Shown: one piece after another, positions 1-4,939 of the stretch
How positions within the stretch are numbered: position 1 is the first letter of the stretch
How the letters are laid out: each line of letters begins with the position of its first letter
IMG/VR virus record: IMGVR_UViG_2579778674_000008
Origin: a virus
Taxonomy: Duplodnaviria > Heunggongvirae > Uroviricota > Caudoviricetes
Reading direction: 5' to 3' (one strand)
Length of the DNA stretch: 4,939 nucleotides
Translations under genes and position numbers: made by a program
The notes under the pieces: generated by a model
Told to the model about the DNA's origin: nothing
The model's input: the letters and a program-made list of their open reading frames with translations, nothing else
The model's database searches: none

Positions 1-4
1 AGAC

Positions 5-24
5 TATCACTTATTTAAGTGATA
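5..24. repeat. Perfect inverted repeat TATCACTTA-tt-TAAGTGATA (9-bp arms, 2-bp spacer); function unknown, possible protein-binding site
   Basis: Read directly: positions 5-13 are the exact reverse complement of 16-24. It lies in AT-rich non-coding DNA at the left edge of the window. No functional assignment is possible from sequence alone. Confidence 0.4.
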
Positions 25-291
25 TTGGTTGTCTGGAGATTCAGGGGGCCAGTCTATTCAGATAAAAACTGTTATCTATGTATACTTTTAAACCCAATCT
101 GTGTAGAGTCTCTGCATAAGATAGTTTGCAGTTGCCGCTTCAGCTTGCGCCATAAACCGCCTGATTTTTGCTGCCACCTGTTAGCATTCCTGTATACCTG
201 AAACGACAATGTTTATCTACGAACTTTAAGAACACCCAAGATAAAAATTGTCAACTATATCATATATAACACATTACTAATTCGAGGCTAT

Positions 292-405
292 ATGAACAGC
301 ATACTGATAATCACATCTCTCCTTATCATATTCAGCATTTTTAGTCATGCCCTAATAAAATTAGGGATTGGCATATCCAATAACCCAGACAAAACCGATG
401 TATAA
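292..405 (+). CDS. Hypothetical small hydrophobic peptide (37 aa, predicted single transmembrane helix)
   Basis: Hand translation of ATG at 292 to TAA at 403-405 gives [42 protein letters not shown] Shine-Dalgarno-like motif sits at 284-287, 4 nt before the ATG. It is below the ORF-track length cutoff. The region is AT-rich, so a hydrophobic ORF could arise by chance. Confidence 0.3.
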
Positions 406-473
406 GTCAACATATCCTGAATCAGACATACAATATCGCAATGAAAATCAATAATATTTTAAGGAATATCTTC

Positions 474-707
474 ATGAAATCAAAAGACACCCTAAAGTGG
501 TTCCCTGCGCAGCTTCCTGAAGTAAGAATTATCCTAGGGGATGCTGTAGTGGAAGTAGCAAAACAGGGAAGACCTATCAATACCAGAACATTGCTTGATT
601 ACATTGAAGGAAACATAAAGAAAAAATCATGGCTGGATAACAAAGAATTATTACAAACAGCGATATCAGTTCTTAAAGACAACCAAAATTTAAATGGTAA
701 AATGTAA
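474..707 (+). CDS. ynaE: Small prophage protein of the YnaE/YdfK family (cold-shock-inducible in E. coli K-12), 77 aa
   Basis: The ORF-track protein from residue 12 (MKSKDTLKWFPAQLPEVRIILGDAVVEVAKQGRPINTRTLLDYIEGNIKK...NLNGKM) matches my recollection of E. coli YnaE (Rac) / YdfK (Qin), which sit next to pinR/pinQ. The ATG at 474 has an AAGGA ribosome-binding site at 461-465 (8-nt spacer), whereas the upstream in-frame ATG at 441 has none, so 474 is the preferred start. I cannot distinguish the Rac and Qin paralogs from sequence alone. Confidence 0.7.
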   Translation: MKSKDTLKWFPAQLPEVRIILGDAVVEVAKQGRPINTRTLLDYIEGNIKKKSWLDNKELLQTAISVLKDNQNLNGKM

Positions 708-1023
708 TATAATAAACTTACTTTTTTATCATTTTTCCACTTTAACAACATTTTGCTCCACTTTTCCACGACCAAACAACTTGAAATCTGGTTAAAATAA
801 CACGCAACACTATTCTTCTTCCTTGAGTCCGCCCGGAACTCGAAAAACAAACCGAGTCAAAGCCATTTTTCACAAAATCGATTTTGGGTCTCACCAAAAT
901 TACGGGGTTGCATACGCATTCGTTTATTTTCGAACGTGTACATACAAATATGCACAAAAATAATCATAATTATTTTCTGAGATGCATTATGATATGAACA
1001 CCAATTTCGTATAGAGTCTCACT

Positions 1024-1614
1024 ATGTCTCGAATTTTTGCTTACTGTCGGATATCAACGCTGGATCAGACCACCGAAAATCAACGCCGGGAAATCGAAAG
1101 TGCAGGTTTTAAAATCAAACCTCAGCAAATAATCGAAGAACACATTAGCGGCTCAGCAGCAACCAGTGAGCGTCCTGGTTTTAACCGGTTGCTTGCTCGC
1201 CTGAAATGTGGTGATCAATTGATTGTGACAAAACTGGATCGCCTTGGTTGTAATGCAATGGATATCAGGAAAACAGTGGAACAACTGACCGAAACAGGTA
1301 TCAGAGTGCATTGCTTAGCATTGGGTGGCATTGACCTGACCAGTCCAACAGGAAAAATGATGATGCAAGTAATTTCAGCAGTCGCTGAATTTGAACGAGA
1401 CCTTTTACTTGAACGCACTCATTCCGGGATAGTAAGAGCCCGCGGCGCAGGGAAACGTTTTGGTCGACCACCTGTGTTAAATGAAGAACAGAAACAGGTG
1501 GTATTCGAACGAATTAAGTCAGGTGTAAGTATAAGTGCCATTGCCCGGGAATTCAAAACCTCGCGGCAAACCATTTTAAGAGCCAAAGCAAAACTTCAGA
1601 CACCTGACATATAA
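1024..1614 (+). CDS. pin: Serine recombinase, Pin/Gin/Hin-type DNA invertase (PinR/PinQ-like), 196 aa
   Basis: The N-terminus [15 protein letters not shown] carries the resolvase/invertase catalytic motif (Arg9, Ser11). The C-terminus has a helix-turn-helix ([21 protein letters not shown]). The 196-aa length and the position next to tfa/stf match lambdoid prophage Pin invertases. I recognise the protein as PinR/PinQ-like from memory but cannot tell which paralog. Confidence 0.95.
1104..1122. promoter_or_regulatory. Inverted repeat AGGTTT-taaaatc-AAACCT inside the 5' part of pin; candidate Fis-binding / recombinational-enhancer element
   Basis: Read directly: 6-bp arms with a 7-bp AT-rich spacer, about 80 bp into the pin coding sequence. 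The embedded 15-mer GTTTTAAAATCAAAC fits the loose Fis pattern (G at -7, C at +7, AT-rich centre). Hin/Gin/Cin enhancers are known to lie within the first ~170 bp of the recombinase gene. The functional assignment is speculative. Confidence 0.2.
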
Positions 1615-1620
1615 AAAATA

Positions 1621-1635
1621 ATCTCGGTGTGAGAT
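1621..1635. terminator. Short hairpin ATCTC-ggtgt-GAGAT between convergent pin and tfa; weak candidate bidirectional terminator
   Basis: A 5-bp stem with 5-nt loop lies 7 bp after the pin stop codon. On the minus strand it is followed by TATTTTTTAT, a good U-tract for the stf-tfa transcript. On the plus strand it is followed only by GCTTT. The stem is short and AT-rich, so confidence is low. Confidence 0.25.
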
Positions 1636-1711
1636 GCTTTACGTCTTCCAAGCCCCCTTCCTTGCCGTAAATGGAAAGATACATCTAATTATAGAATTTA
1701 TATGTTTTACC

Positions 1712-2287
1712 CTACGGCAGTGCTGGCCATTCAATATCCTGTGCAGTTGACGTATCAACACGGTTCAGCAATACCCGATACTTTTTCCATGCTTCCAGCA
1801 ACGAGATTTCTTCCTCCGTTGCAATTTCCAGATCTGCAGCATCCTGAAGCGGCGCAATATGCTCACTGGCTACCTGCATCAGGTTGTTTTTTGTTTCTTC
1901 CGCCTCCCGGATCCGGAACAGTTTTTCTGCTTCCGTATCCTTCACCCAGGCTGTGCCGTTCCACTTCTGAAACTCCCCTTCCGGCGATAACCAAGTAACA
2001 TTTTCCGGTAACGGACCGAGTTCAGAAATAAATAACGCGTTGCCGGAAGCCACGTCATAAACCGTTTTACCCCGATGATCTTCAACGAGATGCCACGATG
2101 ACTCATCACTGTTGAAAACAGCCACGAAGCCAGCCGGAATATCTGGCGGTGCAATATCGGTACTGTTTGCTGGCAGACCTGTATGAGGCGGAATATATGC
2201 ATCACCTTCACCAATAAATTCATTAGTTCCGGCCAGCAGATTATAAATTTTTATGGTCCGTGGTTGTTCACTCATTCTGAATGCCAT
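1712..2287 (-). CDS. tfa: Tail fibre assembly protein Tfa (lambda Tfa / TfaR / TfaQ / TfaE family), 191 aa
   Basis: The protein [54 protein letters not shown]...DIEWPALP is the lambda-type Tfa chaperone as I recall it. A GAGG ribosome-binding site lies 8 nt upstream on the minus strand. Its ATG (2287-2285) overlaps, as TAATG, the stop of the out-of-frame stf C-terminal remnant, which is the canonical stf-tfa translational coupling arrangement. Confidence 0.93.
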   Translation of the reverse strand: MAFRMSEQPRTIKIYNLLAGTNEFIGEGDAYIPPHTGLPANSTDIAPPDIPAGFVAVFNSDESSWHLVEDHRGKTVYDVASGNALFISELGPLPENVTWLSPEGEFQKWNGTAWVKDTEAEKLFRIREAEETKNNLMQVASEHIAPLQDAADLEIATEEEISLLEAWKKYRVLLNRVDTSTAQDIEWPALP

Positions 2288-2391
2288 TATGCAAGCCTCA
2301 CAATATAGTTAAATGCGATGTTTTTGACGGTGTTTTCCGCGTTACCAGCAGCGTTAACGGTGATGGTGTGTCCATGTGAGCCAATCGCAAC
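2287..2391 (-). pseudogene. stf: Displaced original C-terminal coding segment of stf ([34 protein letters not shown]), now out of frame
   Basis: The 67-aa ORF 2287..2490 (-) ends in ...[34 protein letters not shown], the conserved lambda-type side tail fibre C-terminus as I recall it. It is in the +1 frame relative to the main stf ORF and joins it exactly at the 10-bp duplication. Confidence 0.6.
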
Positions 2392-4939
2392 CAATCGCAA
2401 CGGAGTGCGTATGAGCACCAATACCGACAGTATGCGCGTGTGCACCTGCAGATGCTGCTGTGCCGGACAGTGAGTGGCTATGATTACCATCTGTACTGGT
2501 ATTAGCTAACCACCCCGTAGACATACCTACTGAGCCTTGTACACCCCAGGTATTTTGACCTGAGCTTGTATAACCATATTGATAAGTATCTTTAAAAACA
2601 CTGGGGTTAAATCGACGGCCATCTCTATGGCTGTGATTACCAGCTGCATTCGTGCTGCCACTTAAACTATGGGTATGCGCACCAGTGTTATTCGTGGATT
2701 TAGTGCCGTAATCAAACGACGATGTGGTTTTCGTCCCCAAATCCGTACTTGATGCGCTGGCGCTGTGGGTGTGCGATTTAATGCCGTCCTGTTCCTGAGA
2801 CAATACGGCCCGACCACTGGCAGGTTTGCCCTTAATCGTCCAGCCACGCATATCAGGGATCACGCCTGACGGATAAGCCGCTGCAAGTTTCGGGTATGCA
2901 GATTTGTCAAAAGTCTGCCCCTGCATCAGGGCATAGCCAGACGGAACGGTATCTGATGGCCACGGGATTGGTGCACCGACTGGATAAAACTCTGCAGGAG
3001 GATGAGCCGAGGTGTAAAGCTGCGCCCACGGCGACCAGTTTGCGTCGGTCGTATCCCGTCGTGAACGAATAAATGCCGGAGCATGAGCACCGCTTGTACC
3101 ACTCCAGCCGATGAGTAACTCACCTTCGCCAACGGCTGTCATCCCTTTCAGGTGAATGATATTTCCATACGCTGTTGGATATCCGTTGTTATACACCTCG
3201 TATAACTCAAGACCTGTTGCCCCCTGCGTATTGTCTGTCAGCGCGGTTACCCGACCTTTTGAAGACAGATTAACTGATGATACTGCTGTTCCACCTGACG
3301 GTAACGCCCCGATCTCTGATGCCGTTGGCTTATTTCTGGAGTTATAGTCCCTTCGCCAGCCAGGTGAATAATCTGTTCCGTGATTAATATAGGTAAACTG
3401 GGCGTTAGTTGTTCCACCACCAGTGGAGGTGGTCGGTGTGGTAATGCGGATCGTCATCGCTGACTTTATCCCCATTACTTCAATGACAGCTCCGGCGAGA
3501 TGAATATTACCGCAGTCAGTATCAGTAATGATTTTATTATTGCCATAAGACCAGGAACCCTTGCACATCCAGTAGGGATGGTTAAATGCTCCCTGAGAAT
3601 CCAGCCACTCGATAAACTGTGCAGTCGTCCAGTTTCCTGTTATTGTGCTTACTGACCCACCAAAGGCACGGCAGGCACCAATATTTTTCGTAAAGGTGTC
3701 TTTGCCAGGGATATCCGCACCGTTCTGATCTTTCTGCAGACGTTTCTCAGCATTGTCATAGGCTGTTTTTACTGCCTTTGGTGTCGCGGCAAGCGTTTCA
3801 GACGTGCTGTTGGTCGCGCTGCTTAGCTGGATTATCCCTTTCTGTGCTGTCGTTGCATCCTGTGCGGTGTATTTCCCGTTAGCCAGGTCATACGCGGCCT
3901 TAACGGCTTTTGGTGTTGCCGCCAGTGACTCGGAAGTGCTGTTAGTCGCACTACTGAGCTGTACTATCCCCTTTTTCGTCGTGCTCGCATCCTCAAGCGC
4001 CACAGCGGATGCAATATCCTCTGCCCGTTTTGCTGCTGTCTCGGCGCGCGTTGCTGCGGATTCCGCCGTACTTTTGCTCTGTGCTGCCGCCGTCGCACTG
4101 CCAGCTGCCTCTGTCGCCTTCGTGGATGCTGTCGTGGCGCTGCCCTTCGCTGCTGACGCTTGTCTGGTCGCCTCATCTTTTGAAGCAGACGCCGATGAGG
4201 CCGATGACGCCGCCGAACTGGCGGACGATGCGGCAGCCGTTTTTGAGGATTCTGCGCTGGTTTCCGACGCTTTCGCGTTCGTTTCGGATGTCTTCGCTGC
4301 GGAAGCTGACCTCGCTGCTGCGCTGGCCTGTTCAGTGGCTTCGCCAGCCTTCGTTGTGGCTGTTGAAGCGGATGATGCGGCGCTTTCTGCCGACTTTCCG
4401 GCAGCGGTGGCACTGGCTGAGGCCTGCCCGGCACTTGTTGACGCGGCACTGGCAGACGACGCAGCCGCTGTTTTTGAGCCTGCCGCAGCTGAGGCGCTCT
4501 GTCCCGCTGCCGTCTCAGAAGACCTGGCGTTCGTCTCGGACGTTTTTGCTGCCTTCGCGGAATTTGCTGCCGCCGTTGCCGAGGAAGCTGCGCTACTGGC
4601 GCTCGAGGATGCGTTCGTTTCTGATGATTTTGCCGCCTCTTTTGAAGCCGACGCATCCCGGGCTGAGGTGGCAGCTTCTGACGCTTTCGTAGTCGCGGTG
4701 GATGCAGAAGTGGCTGCTGATTGTTGTGACGCTGCAGCATTCGTTTCTGACGTTTTCGCGGCTCTGGCACTGGTAGCTGCCGCGCTTTTTGAGGACTCTG
4801 CAGCGGCAGCACTTTTTTCCGCTTCAGTGGCCTTTGTTGATGCCGTTCCTGCGCTGGAAGACGCTGACTGAGCCGACGAAGCGGCCTGTCCGGCTGACGT
4901 GCTGGCTGCGCGTGCTGAGCCTGCAGCATCAGTCGCATG
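2354..4939 (-). CDS. stf: Side tail fibre protein Stf (lambda Stf / StfR-like); 5'-partial, with C-terminus altered by frameshift
   Basis: Hand translation of the minus strand from 4939 down to 4004 is in the same frame as ORF 2354..4003 and has no stop and no ATG/GTG/TTG, which explains why the ORF track starts at the GTG at 4003. It reads [28 protein letters not shown]...[21 protein letters not shown]..., the Ala/Ser/Thr/Lys-rich repeats typical of StfR-like fibres. Downstream are two copies of the [14 protein letters not shown](S/T)LAATPKAVK tail fibre repeat and a C-terminal array of G-x-H-x-H motifs. The true start lies beyond the window edge. Confidence 0.9.
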   Translation of the reverse strand, partial: HATDAAGSARAASTSAGQAASSAQSASSSAGTASTKATEAEKSAAAAESSKSAAATSARAAKTSETNAAASQQSAATSASTATTKASEAATSARDASASKEAAKSSETNASSSASSAASSATAAANSAKAAKTSETNARSSETAAGQSASAAAGSKTAAASSASAASTSAGQASASATAAGKSAESAASSASTATTKAGEATEQASAAARSASAAKTSETNAKASETSAESSKTAAASSASSAASSASSASASKDEATRQASAAKGSATTASTKATEAAGSATAAAQSKSTAESAATRAETAAKRAEDIASAVALEDASTTKKGIVQLSSATNSTSESLAATPKAVKAAYDLANGKYTAQDATTAQKGIIQLSSATNSTSETLAATPKAVKTAYDNAEKRLQKDQNGADIPGKDTFTKNIGACRAFGGSVSTITGNWTTAQFIEWLDSQGAFNHPYWMCKGSWSYGNNKIITDTDCGNIHLAGAVIEVMGIKSAMTIRITTPTTSTGGGTTNAQFTYINHGTDYSPGWRRDYNSRNKPTASEIGALPSGGTAVSSVNLSSKGRVTALTDNTQGATGLELYEVYNNGYPTAYGNIIHLKGMTAVGEGELLIGWSGTSGAHAPAFIRSRRDTTDANWSPWAQLYTSAHPPAEFYPVGAPIPWPSDTVPSGYALMQGQTFDKSAYPKLAAAYPSGVIPDMRGWTIKGKPASGRAVLSQEQDGIKSHTHSASASSTDLGTKTTSSFDYGTKSTNNTGAHTHSLSGSTNAAGNHSHRDGRRFNPSVFKDTYQYGYTSSGQNTWGVQGSVGMSTGWLANTSTDGNHSHSLSGTAASAGAHAHTVGIGAHTHSVAIGCDWLTWTHHHR
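2381..2400. repeat. Perfect 10-bp tandem duplication CCAATCGCAA-CCAATCGCAA (minus strand TTGCGATTGG x2) causing a frameshift in stf
   Basis: Read directly: 2381-2390 and 2391-2400 are identical. Removing one copy restores a continuous frame ...[40 protein letters not shown] ending at 2287. With both copies the frame reads ...[17 protein letters not shown] and stops at 2354-2356. Confidence 0.9.
3755..3970 (-). repeat. Two copies of the conserved phage tail fibre repeat ([28 protein letters not shown] / [28 protein letters not shown]), 132-bp period
   Basis: The motif occurs twice in the Stf translation, 44 codons apart, and the underlying DNA is a near-identical direct repeat. The same repeat shows up in the antisense ORF as [12 protein letters not shown] / [13 protein letters not shown]. 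Confidence 0.65.
4004..4939 (-). repeat. Low-complexity Ala/Ser/Thr/Lys/Glu-rich repetitive coding region of stf (degenerate AAKTSETNA-type modules)
   Basis: Across 312 hand-translated codons there is no Met, Val, Leu, aromatic or Cys residue. Degenerate DNA modules recur, for example gcgttcgtttcggatgtcttcgctgc near 4275, 4526, 4611 and 4737. The GCN-rich coding strand produces long open frames on both strands. Confidence 0.6.

Noticed and set aside
19-201. 60-aa Cys-rich ORF at the left edge
   Set aside because: It has a GTG start with no Shine-Dalgarno sequence, lies in AT-rich leader DNA, and its composition looks random. No support beyond being open.
1-440. Possible tRNA or tRNA-fragment at the prophage boundary
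   Set aside because: I could not identify a cloverleaf-compatible sequence or a conserved T-loop (GTTCGAATC-type) motif by eye. It is left uncalled.
441-473. Upstream ATG at 441 giving an 88-aa version of the ynaE-like protein
   Set aside because: It has no Shine-Dalgarno sequence, whereas the ATG at 474 has AAGGA at the right spacing and yields the 77-aa family-typical length.
140-880. Possible gix/hix-like crossover sites (AAACCG-containing stretches near 153-180 and 845-870)
   Set aside because: Only half-site-like fragments match. No 26-bp dyad with an AAACC-NN-GGTTT core is present, so I do not call a recombination site.
599-957. Two overlapping minus-strand ORFs (83 aa and 71 aa) across the ynaE-pin intergenic region
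   Set aside because: Both start at TTG, overlap the 3' end of the ynaE-like gene on the opposite strand, and lack recognisable motifs or ribosome-binding sites. Probably spurious.
1215-2223. Short ORFs embedded in pin and tfa on the opposite strand or out of frame (1215..1418 -, 1702..1998 +, 1942..2223 -)
   Set aside because: They lie entirely within well-supported genes and show no independent signal.
2662-3347. Short ORFs inside stf (2662..2847 -, 2926..3132 -, 3156..3347 +)
   Set aside because: They are out-of-frame or antisense to the stf coding sequence. They are artefacts of a long gene.
4009-4692. 227-aa plus-strand ORF (Leu/Pro/Arg/Trp-rich)
   Set aside because: It is another antisense shadow frame of the stf repeat region, with an implausible composition.
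3804-4871. 355-aa plus-strand ORF ([13 protein letters not shown]..., Ala/Val/Asp-rich)
   Set aside because: It is antisense to the stf Ala/Ser/Thr-rich repeat region. It has a GTG start, no ribosome-binding site and a purely low-complexity product that mirrors the stf repeats, so it is a shadow ORF.
3964-4938. 324-aa minus-strand ORF (MRLMLQAQ..., extremely Arg/Pro/Gln-rich)
   Set aside because: It is the +1 frame of the same repetitive stf coding DNA. Hand translation shows the adjacent frame is the genuine Stf frame, continuous with ORF 2354..4003.
4004-4939. Possibility that the periodic repeats are a CRISPR array or satellite
   Set aside because: The repeats are degenerate, in-frame and encode a continuous Ala/Ser/Thr-rich polypeptide. 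There is no repeat-spacer architecture.

Overview
This window reads as the distal end of a lambdoid (Rac/Qin/e14-type) enterobacterial prophage tail-fibre module, not as an obviously new multi-gene system. Left to right: an AT-rich non-coding leader (1-470) containing a 20-bp perfect palindrome and an unlisted 37-codon hydrophobic ORF (292-405); a small YnaE/YdfK-family gene (474-707, +); a Pin-family serine DNA invertase (1024-1614, +); and, converging from the right, a tail fibre assembly gene tfa (2287-1712, -) and the 3' ~2.6 kb of a side tail fibre gene stf (4939-2354, -; its N-terminus lies beyond the window). The most notable observation is a perfect 10-bp tandem duplication (CCAATCGCAA x2, 2381-2400) that frameshifts stf 30 codons before its natural stop, replacing the conserved ...[30 protein letters not shown] tail with 11 unrelated residues and breaking the TAATG overlap with tfa. 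The invertase appears orphaned: no alternative inverted stf'/tfa' cassette and no convincing gix/hix-like crossover site is visible. Family assignments are from memory of these protein families and from hand translation; no database search was run. The large ORFs on both strands at 3804-4938 are shadow ORFs of the Ala/Ser/Thr-rich stf repeat region.
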